Of a stretch of 64,000 bases of DNA, positions 28,895 through 40,150 are shown in pieces. Below the pieces are notes generated by a model. That model was given only the letters and a program-made list of their open reading frames with translations. It did no database searches and had not been told where the DNA came from. Origin of the DNA: Paragordius varius. Lineage: Eukaryota; Animalia; Nematomorpha. The position numbers were made by a program, and so were the translations under genes. Position 1 is the first letter of the stretch; each line of letters starts with the position of its first letter. Where the stretch lies: contig OZ176054.1 of NCBI GenBank assembly GCA_964247055.1, forward strand, positions 2,418,001 through 2,482,000, written 5' to 3'.

Positions 28895-29141
28895 TTAAGA
28901 TAAAAACTCATATGAGATAAAATAATTTAAATATTTAATTTCCAATTTAAAAAATAACCAGCTTATATAGTGTAACGCTTCTTACTTAAATTTTATATAG
29001 TTATTTATATATGGTTCTCCGAAGTACTTATCACTTTGCATATGATTAACCAGCCGCTAGTTTTTTGAACATATAACCATATGATTTATTTACGGTGATC
29101 CTTGAATGCTATGTTGTTTTAGTTGGCCCGTATTTTTCATT

Positions 29142-32100
29142 ATGGATTACTTTTCAATAAAAAAAGTTTTATTTGATAATAAAATTTATATATTGGGACA
29201 CAAATATACAGGTTTTTAATATTTTTATCGTTTAGATGAGACCCAAATATCGCATGAAATATTGAAAAAATATGTTTTTACATATAGGAAAGATTTTCCT
29301 GCAATCAGTAAATTTAATCTCATTTATGTTTTAGATAGTAGTCAACACCTAACCTCAGATGCAGGATGGGGTTGCATGTTACGCGCAGGTCAAATGATGT
29401 TAGCAGAAGCCCTAAGTCGTCATTTCGCTAATCATAGTATGCAAAAATCAAAACTTTCATATTTTTAGGGCATATCTTAGATTTATCGATAGATAGTTTT
29501 CATGCTATTAATACCCAATTGGATCAAAAGACCACGATTTCGTTACCCGATTGCCAAACAGGTGATTCATTACAATGGGCATCTCCCTTGCAAAAGAAAT
29601 TATCTCAAGTGTATGAGTCGGCGAAACGAACCCTTATAGAGTATTGGTATTCATCACCTCAAACAATGTCGGAAACGCTCAATAATTCATATTACAATTA
29701 CTGTAAAATGGATAGTTTTGAGGCACGAGAGGATATGTTTTTCAAAATTTTTACTCATTTATCCACAATTTATAGCAGCACAACAGCTGATCAAACAAAT
29801 ATTCGTCTGAAATTGCTTGAAATGTTTGCTGATGACTGTAATGCCTTGTTTTCTATCCATAACATTTCAACGACCTCCACAAATAAAGGCGGAACAGCTG
29901 AACAAACCAATTCACCAAAATCTACAGGATTATCTTGTGAATATTCGGTTCCCGGTAAATGGTTTGGACCAAATTCCGTTTCCCAAGCCATAAAGTTTTT
30001 TACTTTTTGTTTTTCAAAAATCACAATTTTTTGACTCTTAATTATTTTAGAATGAGTTAAAATATCAATTATTAAACTAATCGAAAATAATGTTTAAATA
30101 TGGATAATTAATTTGTCTGTTTTGATGTTAATAGGTTTCGTAAGCTAATGTCAAAATATAAATATCATATATGTGGTGAATATACATTTTAATTTATTTA
30201 ACCATTCTTTTGTATTTTTATAACTATTTAACATTTTTTTAGAGCAATCATTCAAAATGAACCCGAGTTATGGTTAAATTTTCACGTAGCAATGGATAAT
30301 GCAATTGTTTTATCCGTCATAAGTAATTATAATTACGAATTTACTAAATATGTTATTTTAATTAAGTTATTAATGTAATATTTATATAAAAAGCGTATTT
30401 TATATTAAAACAGTATCTTTATAATCATGTAAATATAAGCAAATTAAATTATAACAAAAAAAACTAATTATCTTTTGCATATATTAATTTTAAAACCTTT
30501 TTGAAATTCATTATGAAACTGAGATGAAATGATTTTTTTTTGAAAATAGTCATTGTTTAAATAAATATTATACATTGTTTCGTTTATATTGAAAGATATT
30601 TAATTATATATATTATTAATTGAAAAACTACAATTTAGGAAAATATTTTGAAACAAAAAGCACTGGACAAAATTTATTTGCACCTGAAAATTCTGTTGTT
30701 GAATCCACCATTTCAGTAGATACCGGTTTATCCAACAATCAATCGCAATCATCTGAACCATTAAATATTTCAACTCCATCTCAAAAATCATTAATTTTAG
30801 TTATACCGCTTCGATTGGGTTTAACCAACATAATTCCCGCTTATTTTGATGCATTAAAGGTATTTTTCTAGAAATATAAAAAAACTTTTTACTTAATTAC
30901 TGAGGACTAAAAGTTTCATAATATGTAAAAATATTCCACATAATAAAAAAATGGTTTATAATCTTACGTATAAAAATATATGAATTAATACAATAATCAA
31001 TATAAAGTCATATTGACACCTCCGCGTGGTAATGCGCTAAAGGTAGGGGCCAGTTTTTAATGATCTGTAAACTCATTAGTTGTACACAAGGGCATGTGTT
31101 ACGTAAAAAATCGTCTCAGATTACCACGAAGTATAAAAATTATGAATATGAATTTACTTACTAGTACCAAAACTCTGAATCAGGACTCCTACTCTTGATG
31201 ATCATAATATCGATTATAAATTAGTTTAAGCCTTATTTTAAATACATGATATGCGCTCGAAAATTACTTACAATATAAAATGTAATGTGTTTAAGGGTGG
31301 AATACAACCTTGTTAAAGCCATTCTTATTTTCATTTATTACAGTAAAAATTGATTATAAGACAATTATTTAAAACTAGAAGACAAATATTTTGTAGCAGA
31401 ATAAGGATTATATGGATGTAAATTGGAAACATAATTTATTATATAGTTTTAGATATTATGAGGTCACAATTGTATGACTCCCTTAAAAAATATTTTATCT
31501 TTTAGTTTTTGCGTTTATGATATGTTTTCTATTTTTAGGCCTTTTTCCAAATACCACAATGTTTGGGTATTCTTGGTGGTCAGCCTAAACATGCTCTTTG
31601 GTTTTTTGGGTATTCAGGTAAGATAATCCATAAAGATTTTTATATATATATTTGCTTTTTTTATTTTAAACCTTGTTTAAAAGTAAATTTGGAATGTTTT
31701 ATTCTGATTTTTGTATGTGGGAGACATTGCATACAGACAATTTCGCATCTGTATTTTAATTTTTTAATTATTCTTTAAGTTAAAATCCTCAAAACCGTGT
31801 TTTTTGGTTAAAATTATATTTTTATAAATGATTTTTTACATAATTTAGTTTTAATACGACTTTATTTGACAAAACTTTTAACCATTTAGATAATGATCTC
31901 ATATATTTTGATCCACACATTGTGCAAACAGCTGTTCCACTCACCGAATTAAAGAGCTTGACAAACAAGTTATCGAAAGCGCAATCGTTTTCTTACAAGG
32001 ATTTAGTTACTGAGGGTATGCAAAAAACGCTCAGTATTCTAAAATCATATCATTGTATAATCACACACAATGAGGAGAACCATATATCCGAAACGCCTAA

Positions 32101-33335
32101 AAAGAATGAAAAAAAGTCCGAGGATGTTTTGTTAAATGATTATTATAATGATAAGTCTACCGCCGAAAAAATTTCAACAAAAACTAAAAATGAAAATAGC
32201 AATAATAATAGTAATTTACGGCAAGAATTTGACATAATAAACGGCGAATTCCTTGGAACAATGGCATTTTCTCAATTAGATCCATCCTTGTGCCTTGCTT
32301 TTTATTGCAAGGATTTGTCCGATTTTAATGATCTAGTTGATAATATAAGAGAGGTAAAAATAAATTTTTTATTTAATTGTTTGAAACTAGAATGGATTTG
32401 ATTATTGTTCCATATTTAATAATCCTTTTTAATTGATATTTTATGTTAGAAAATGTTGAAACCATTTACGTGCCCAATGTTTGAAGTTTTGGAGGAACCT
32501 TTGATGCCATTTTGGGAGGTTGATCCACAAACCATGAATGATAATATGAAATCAAGTATGGATTTTTTTTATTTTGTAAACCATTTTTAATGTTAGCTTT
32601 TTAAAATTTACCTTAATTAAATGAAATTCATGGTTCGGTCAAATATAATTAAATTTTCAAAACCCCGAGGCATAATACACAAAAATCCAAAATCATAGTA
32701 CTAAAAAACCAAAACAATTCGCAATGAAAAAATAAGTATTTTTTGCCTATTTAAGCTCATAAGTTTTGTACAAAGATATTTCACTAAAAAATGTTAAATT
32801 ACAAATGTAAGCGTTTAAAAAAAATGGTATATACTTTCCGATGATTGAATAAGTAATTTTAATCTGTTTTTAACTATAAATATTTACAGATTTAAATCCT
32901 GGTAATAACCCATATGAAAGCGATCATAGTTCCTCAGGATTAAGTATAGGGAACACACCAGATCACAATTATTTAATTGGCCCCAATGTTAAGGCTGGTG
33001 ACAAAAGTCGCACACTTTCACAATGCTCATCATCAACCACCAAATCCAAACAAAGTTTTTTGAAAATTATTTTAATCCTTTTATAAGTTTTGTTTGAATA
33101 AAATTTTAAAAAGTTTCAACAAATGATGTTTATTTTGAAATTTTATGTGAATTTTTTATATATACCATATAAATATTATATTTTAATAGCAAGGATCTTT
33201 TAAGTGTTAACAAATTTTATTAAGAAATATTTTTTTATAAAAATTTGAATTTTATATTTTTAAAATGCTTTTATAACGTGATTTATTTTTATAGATATTA
33301 CATCGGATGTCTTTGAAGAGTTTGAAGTTATTTAG
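29142..33335 (+). CDS. ATG4: ATG4 cysteine protease (peptidase C54, ATG4B-like), ~641 aa, 11 exons
   Basis: Exons 29142-29211, 29236-29307, 29335-29436, 29469-29994, 30243-30322, 30639-30859, 31539-31617, 31890-32353, 32450-32555, 32890-33054, 33295-33335 (1926 nt). Motifs FTYRKDF, TSDAGWGCMLRAGQMMLAEAL (catalytic Cys codon 29373), PGKWFGPNSV, LILVIPLRLG, GILGGQP, YFDPH (Asp/His), LDPSLCLAFYC, C-terminal EEFEVI*. Start may lie slightly upstream (in-frame ATGs at 29106, or 29081 via a candidate intron). Confidence 0.95.
29212..29235 (+). other. 24-nt micro-intron (ATG4 intron 1)
   Basis: GTTTTTAATATTTTTATCGTTTAG, in-frame TAA. Removal gives IYILGHKYT-D-ETQISHEILKKYVFTYRK, matching ATG4B VWILGRKYSIFTEKDEILSDVASRLWFTYRK. 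Confidence 0.85.
29308..29334 (+). other. 27-nt micro-intron (ATG4 intron 2; 3n, no stop)
   Basis: GTAAATTTAATCTCATTTATGTTTTAG. Removal gives FPAINSSQHLTSDAGWGC, within one residue of ATG4B FPAIGGTGPTSDTGWGC. The ORF also stays open if it is retained. Confidence 0.75.
29437..29468 (+). other. 32-nt micro-intron (ATG4 intron 3)
   Basis: GTATGCAAAAATCAAAACTTTCATATTTTTAG. Needed to link ORF 29262-29468 (which ends at this TAG) to the frame of ORF 29519. Confidence 0.85.
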
Positions 33336-33509
33336 CTAAAGTAGCATATTTAATGTTGATTATTGTGTATTAAAGTAATTTTTACGGGCTTGCATTATTT
33401 ATCCTATATTAATATATTGTTTGCAAGGTAAATAAATTAGTATACGCATATTACTTGTTTATATGTTGATAAAATATAATTAATTGATATTCTCTCCCAA
33501 CTTTGGACA

Positions 33510-34310
33510 AAAATTGCTTCAAAGCCACGTTATTTTTTTCTGGCCTCGTATTTTTCAGAGAATAGGGTGCTATCTAGCGGTTTAAAGAAAATGCGCTGAA
33601 TTTTCGCCTTTACTGGAAACACCTTATACTACATATATAGTCTTATAATTTTGGTGAACCTCATCGTGGCCCTAGTTAGGCCACTTTTTGCAAAATACAA
33701 CATGGCTTATTTTACAGAGGAACCATCAAGCTAAGGGATATTTAAAAAAACCGTTTGACTTAAATTTTTACCCTTATACTGGAAATAGGTAAAACTTTTT
33801 ACGGAACCATATCATCAATGTGTTTTTCGAAATTTACTTTCAAAGCCACGTTAATTTTATATACCGCCCATTGTAGAGTGAGTGGAATCTTAACCTAGCG
33901 GTTAATTTATTAAATAGGCGAGCTTATTTTTTATGCTGGGAATAACTAAATTTCCTATATATATGCTCGCAACTTTGGCGTAAAATTGCTTTTAAGCCAC
34001 GTTATTATTATATGGTGGTTTATTTTACAGGTTATGGGGCCCTTACCACCTGACTTTTATAAAAGAAGCGGTCAAATTTTTTTACATTTGTCCTAGAAAT
34101 AGCTAGAACCCTTATTTTAGACGGTCTCTTGGTCGAAAACCTGTGCATAGTTTTTTTTAAATGATGATTCATTTTACATAGGATGAACCTTACCGAGAGG
34201 CTCATTTAAAAAGACGCTGATATACAAATTTTATCTATGAGCTGAAAATTTCTGAAGTCATTATTGAATCCATATGATCTCACGAGTTTTCCGTAATTTG
34301 CTTCAAAGCT
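33510..34310. repeat. Degenerate internally repetitive element related to the 1090-2010 array
   Basis: AAGCCACGTTA recurs at ~33522/33844/33994 and resembles CAAAGTCACGCT / CAAAGGCACGCT at ~1183/1820. AAAAAAACCGTTTGACTTAAATTTTTACC matches AAAAAAACCGCTCGACTAAATTTTTGCC at ~1413. Confidence 0.6.
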
Positions 34311-34830
34311 CCTATATAGTGGTGCATTTTACAGAAGGTAAAGCCCTAGTCCCAATTTGACAAAAAAAGCGCTGGATCAAAAGTTTCCCTTTATACTGGT
34401 AATATCTAAATTTCCATATATTTGTATAATATGCTTGGGAGAAGAATTGCTTAACAAATATATTTTTTGGCAGTAGGTTTTGTAAAAATGTTATTTTACG
34501 GGTTATTGGACTAATTTTAACAACCGAGCCCAGCATTTCGGATTATTCGTAAAAAATATATTATTGAATTTGATTAGGTTTTCACTTTTCCAGAATACTT
34601 TATTTAAAAACTCGTATTTTCTAATGGTATGCGAAATTAAGAGTCTAATTCGAAAAAGCATCTTGACTGTAGCGTGCGCATTTATATCTAAATGAAAATT
34701 TCCCACTTTTGGCTTTGAATAGGCAAGTCCGTTTATTGAAATTTCAAATCCAACATTTTTTATACATATATTAAACAATTATTTTGCTGACACTACCGAT
34801 TCCTTCTATTCACATCCGAAATGTCTAGAT

Positions 34831-35110
34831 CAGAGCTGTCCAACATGCGGCCCTCCGTGGCTTAATGCACGGCTCGCGAGAAATCTGAAAAATAATTTGC
34901 ATAATATGCTCATAAAATATTATTAAAATTGATATTTTTCAAATATGTCTTTCCAATTGGCATAAACTAGTTAAAATTGTTATATTATGTTTGAAATTTA
35001 CAGTCTTACATTTGGTATGTACTATATTTATGAATGCCCATATATCCTTTTGCCGCCCGTCAGTTTCAAGTCAAAAACGCGGCCCTGTACATTTGTTTTG
35101 GATACTCCTG
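34831..35110. mobile_element. hAT (Charlie-type) MITE, 280 bp
   Basis: TIRs CAGAGCTGTCCAA / TTGGATACTCCTG; 8-bp flanks GTCTAGAT and GTCTACGT (6/8 match, TCTAG-type target). Confidence 0.75.
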
Positions 35111-36279
35111 GTCTACGTCATTTCTATTTCTGCTCTAACAAATTTTAAATACGTTTTTCGGGTTTTTTATAACTTTTTGGGTTATATTAATTTCTTTTTC
35201 ATATAGATAAACACATCATATAACAATAGATTTTAGTTATAAACTGCCTAGGAACACTATGGATAATACCCGTTTTCAAATGTTTTAAATTGCACAGTGT
35301 CTGCAAAATATCCCGATAAAATATATATTCGGATAGAAAAATGTATCAGGATTATCATGATAATTTTGGTTTTGACGCTTACGAGTGATATAAGAAGGTT
35401 ATTCTCAATTTTAGGGAACTGCTCCATATCAGAAAATGACGAAATTGCGCTTCTTTCTTACTTTATGACCTTTTCCATTTTCTATCCTAGTTGACATGGT
35501 AGTTTTACATCCCAGAGCTCAGTTTTATAAATAAACTAACATGAAAGGTATTTTAATTAAAATTTAGTTAGCAAAAATTGTCTCAGGATGTATAATAAAA
35601 ACCTTGTTTTTACAGTTTTTAGACTTTTAGCTCTAAAATTGGGACAGCTCCAAAACACGCTTGAAACGAACAGCTGATATTAAAATCAAAAATATTTTTT
35701 TGATGGTAAAATGTAGCCTGAAAGCTTTCTAAAGTGGATTATTTATATTTTTAGCCATAATATACATAAAGTTGTCTGTTGAAATAACGATTATGAAAAA
35801 ACATAGAAAAAAATGGCAACAAAGTTTTTACAATTTAACATTTTTTTAAAAAAAAATTATTTATGCACCTTGGCTAAATATTATTTGATTCGACTCAATT
35901 TCTTATACACTTATTAAAGTATTTAATTTTCATATCGCTCTATATAAAACTAAGACCAGGTAGGCTGTTTTTCGCAGTACATACTTTCAGGAAAAAAAAT
36001 GCGCCTGTACTGCGCCCACTTTTGTACTGCTTTTTGAAATTATACAGTGCTCAACAAGGTTTTGCGCCACCCCATTTTTTTGCATTTTCTGTTACCTAAT
36101 GGCATGGAAAGGCCAAAACAAAAAAAAATTGAGGCCCCAATAGGATTTTTTTAAATTTTAAATTAAATTTTGTATTTAGTTTTAAAAAACAATTATTCCT
36201 CGTGCACATATATTTAAACGAGCAAGTAAATACAAGTGGTATTCAAAGCCAGGTTTTTTATTTTAATTTTAGAACGATG

Positions 36280-38273
36280 CAAAAATGATCCAAATATACC
36301 AGCCCCAGTATACGATACCACAGAAGATTTATTTAGAAGATGCCAAAAATGTTATTGATGATCCCTATAATAGAACTTTATAAAAATGTCGTCGATCTTT
36401 ATCTTAAAATATAAACTGCCCCAAATCGCTGATGAAGGTTTGTTATTTCTTTTGCATGAATACTTCTTATCGAGCGGGCTTGTTATAAGACAAAGAAATA
36501 CACAATTCCAAAAAAGCGCTCGGGAAGACAAAAACGATCACTACAATCAGCTGTGCTTAAAATTAGAAAACGCTGCTAAATATAACAACAACTACTTTGC
36601 TGAAGTAGATCCCATTGCTCCACGCAGGTCTAAAAGCTACAAAGGCCCAATGAGAGAGGAAGATGGATATATCATCACAGACAAAAAAACACTGGTGGAA
36701 CAATGGGAACAATATGTATTAAAATTATACGGCTCCAGTCCATCGAACGCCGATAAAAACAGTAATATCTATCAACATGACCCGCCAATCAGAAGAAGTT
36801 GAATGGGCGCTCAACCATTCCCCAAACAACAAATCTGAGGGGTACAACGATATTCCGACCGAACTCATTCGTTTTATCCCAATTCATATCCTAACTGACT
36901 TATTCCAAAAGATATTTGCTCACGCCTCATTCTCCCAAGATTGGTGCAAATCAATACTCATCCCCATCTTTAAAAAGGCGATCCTAAATTATTTAACAAC
37001 TATAGAACTATAGCGCTAATCAATTAAGCATCAAAAGTTTTTCTCAAAATAATTCACAGGCGTATCCAAGGCATAATTGAAGCCGAACTTTCTAATACCC
37101 AAGCGGAATCTAGAACCAATCGCGGATGCAGGGACATGATCAGCAATATACGTTGGATATTCAAAAAACAAATTAATTTCAGAAAGACCCACATCTGCTT
37201 CATTGAGTTTTCAAAGGCCTTCGACAGCGTGAAGCACGACACGCTGTGGAAGGCTCTATCTCAGATGGGAGTTTCAGATCACATATTAAACGTCATCAAA
37301 TCCCTTTACTCCAATTCATCACTAACCATAAAAACCCCACACGACACGAGTAATTGGATACGAATGAACAATGGTTTACGACAAGGATGCGTCCTTTCAC
37401 CGACTCTTTTTAACGTCTGCATAGAAAGCGTATTAAGAAACATATATAAAGCTAATGACATAAGCATCGCCGGCAATATTATATCATCACTTCACTATGC
37501 TGATGATACTATATTGCTGTAAAATTCAGTGGACAACCTAAAAAAACTCTTAACTGAATTCTCAAATGAATGTCAAAAATTTGGATTGACGATCAACTAC
37601 AAAAAACTAAAATCATGATTATAAACGCTCATAACCACTATAACAACTTATCTTTTCACAACCAACAAATAGAAGTAGTGTCCCAATACACTTACATAGG
37701 CAGTCTTATAAATACGACTAACAACAGCACCCCTGACATCAGAAGAAGAATAGGAATTGCTAAGACAAAAATGATAAAATATAATAAACTATGGTCATCA
37801 TATGACATCAAACTTAAAACAAAAATCCGTTTAGTTAAATCCCAATATTTCCTAGCATGCTATACGCATCAGAAAGCTGGACAATAAAAACGGTAGACGA
37901 AAAATACATTAACGCCTTTGAAATCTGGTGCTGGCGGAAGATACTTCGAATCACTTGGAAAGACAAAATAAAGAACACTGTAATCCTTGACAAAATAAAC
38001 CCCGAGATACACCTGATTGGCATGTGCCTCATGAAATTATCATACTTTGATCTCATTACCAGAACTAACGACTTGGAATTCCAACTAATGACAGGCAAGG
38101 TCGAAGGATCCAGGAAACGTGGACGCTACAAGATGCGCTGGATCGAAAACCTAACCAAAGAAACCAATCTCTCTTTACAACAGCTAACATCATCACTTAC
38201 CATCGAATAAACTGGAGAAAATACACCTTCGAAAAGCAATAAATCGACAACGATCTTTGCTATAATAATAATA
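36280..38273 (+). mobile_element. RTE-clade non-LTR retrotransposon, 5'-truncated and frameshifted
   Basis: Endonuclease remnant (MIQIY..P...YLEDAKNVIDD, ~36285), RT motifs NNKSEGYNDIPTELI, FIEFSKAFDSV, GLRQGCVLSPTLFN, LHYADD, YTYIGS, C-terminal GKVEGSRKRGRYKMRW, and a (TAA)n tail at ~38262-38273. Split over ORFs 36386, 36777, 37136, 37570 and 37857. Confidence 0.9.
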
Positions 38274-38379
38274 AATATCAATTTATTCAATATGTTAATT
38301 AAAAATTCTATATGTATTTAATAAAAAAAAACTTTAATAGAATCAAAATATACTGCTAATAGCCAAAGAGTATTCAACA

Positions 38380-38712
38380 TCAAAAATTTTAAAAATCGAA
38401 AAGGAATATATGGTGTGTGATATGATATCTCGGCGGCTTGCACAATATCTGCAAAAATCCCTCAGGAATCCTATAATTATGCCAGATAAACGCTTTAATA
38501 AATGATATTAATTTTATAACATAATAACTTTTTATTAGTTATCTAAATTTTCTCTCAATATTCTCTTGTTTTAAAAATTGAAAAAACTATAATATCTCAA
38601 AATTCTGATTGGGGGATCAAAAGTTTTTCAAATTCGGTTTTACACTCAAATTAGTTATAATTTATTTTTTTGAGGGGTGGTGCTCAAAAATGTCCAAATT
38701 TGTCGAGTAGTA
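38380..38712. repeat. Dispersed repeat (family X), internally deleted copy
   Basis: Shares GGCGGCTTGCA...CCTWTAATTATGCCAGATA and ...GGTGGTGCTC..AAA.TCCAAATTTGTCGA with 41880-43596. Confidence 0.65.
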
Positions 38713-40150
38713 TTATTACCTTTTATTAATTCAAAAAATTATTTTAGAATTAAATATACCCTCTGTAAAAATAACCCCATAATTTTTAAAGAAATGGTTT
38801 CTTTTGCCGTAAAAAACTAAGATTGGCCTTTTTTTAATTGGTTAATATTTTATTTGCTCGAATTATCAATTGCGCGCAATAAAACTATAAATCCAGGACT
38901 CCACTCAATTCAGGCTAATGGCTCTTACACACAGGGCTACCGCAAAAAGAGGTGCCTTAAAATTAAATTAACAAAATCAATTTATGATATTAATAAATCT
39001 TTGATCAAGATTAAAAAGTTTATTTTGTGTTATTTATCAAAAGGAAACTTATATATAAAATTGTTATTCCCGTAACTATCATATATATGGCATATGATTT
39101 CGAAATAACTTGTTTTTGTAAAAATTAAGAGTTTTTACGTGTTCTATACTCATTAGGTGGGAGGTATGATATTATTTAATTTTTTTCCTTAACTTTATTA
39201 GCTTTCTAATTTTTTGCATAGTATTTTATTGAAGCGTACTTCTAACGATTTTAAAGCATGATGGAAACAGTATAACGCTTTAAGATATAATAAAACCATT
39301 TTTCTCAATAATTTGATAATATTGAACATTCAGAATTTCAATGTAAAGGTTGTTTATTTGGAAATTTTGGTGAATTTTCGTAAAAAATAATTTTTTAACA
39401 TAAATTTAAAAACGAACGAATATTTTAATCAAATTTCTGATTGAGAAATTAGCACATCGAATTATATATATAAAATGTTATAACATCTCAACGGTTTATA
39501 TTGTTTCCATCATGTTCGAAATAGTGTGTGGTATAATTCCACAAAATTTTGATAAAAATTAAATTTTTGAGAGTATGCATTTTGTAAAAATATATTTAGT
39601 TGATATCAAAATTTACCATATATTTGAAATTATTACACAATGTCTGAATTTTGCGTTTATTTTAAGAAAACATCCATTTCAAGCCAAATAATTTGGGACT
39701 TTTAGAGCTAATATCTAATTTAAAAAAATTGTTTTGCTTTCTATAAGTAGTTTATGTTATATTTTAGTAATATTTTTCAAAATAAAGCATTTAGCATTGA
39801 CTAAAAAATATATTTAAGAAATTGCGCATCTTTTGCAATTTTATACGGAGCATTTAAAACAAAAGTTTAAATTTTCTTTAGTAATCGTTAAGGTTAAAAC
39901 CGAGGCACCATGATAATCCTGATATTTTCCTATGAAAATATATATATATATATATTTCATCAGTATATTTTTTCTGGAAACTGTGTAATATATTACACCA
40001 ATGGTGTAAAAACAGGCAAAGTATATTATAATTTTGTACTGCGTCAAAGTTCAAAATATCCGGTCACATATATAAAACCAAGAGGTAATAAAGCGACTGC
40101 AGAAAAATATTTTATGATTATGAGACATTCATACAGGTGTTAACTTTTGG

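Larger units (their letters stand above)
35951..40071 (+). mobile_element. Family D hAT element copy 2, split by ~2.7 kb of later insertions
   Basis: 35951-36041 matches the left end of 27044 (GACCAGGTAGGCTGTTTTTCGCAGTAC...CTGCGCCCACTTTTGTACTGCTTTTTGAAA). 38713-40071 matches 27174-28571 and ends in TATCCGGTCACAT. Confidence 0.8.

Noticed and set aside
36253-36272. 20-nt GT...AG segment (GTTTTTTATTTTAATTTTAG) resembling an even shorter micro-intron
   Set aside because: It lies at the junction with a decayed LINE endonuclease remnant, and no host-gene homology requires its removal.
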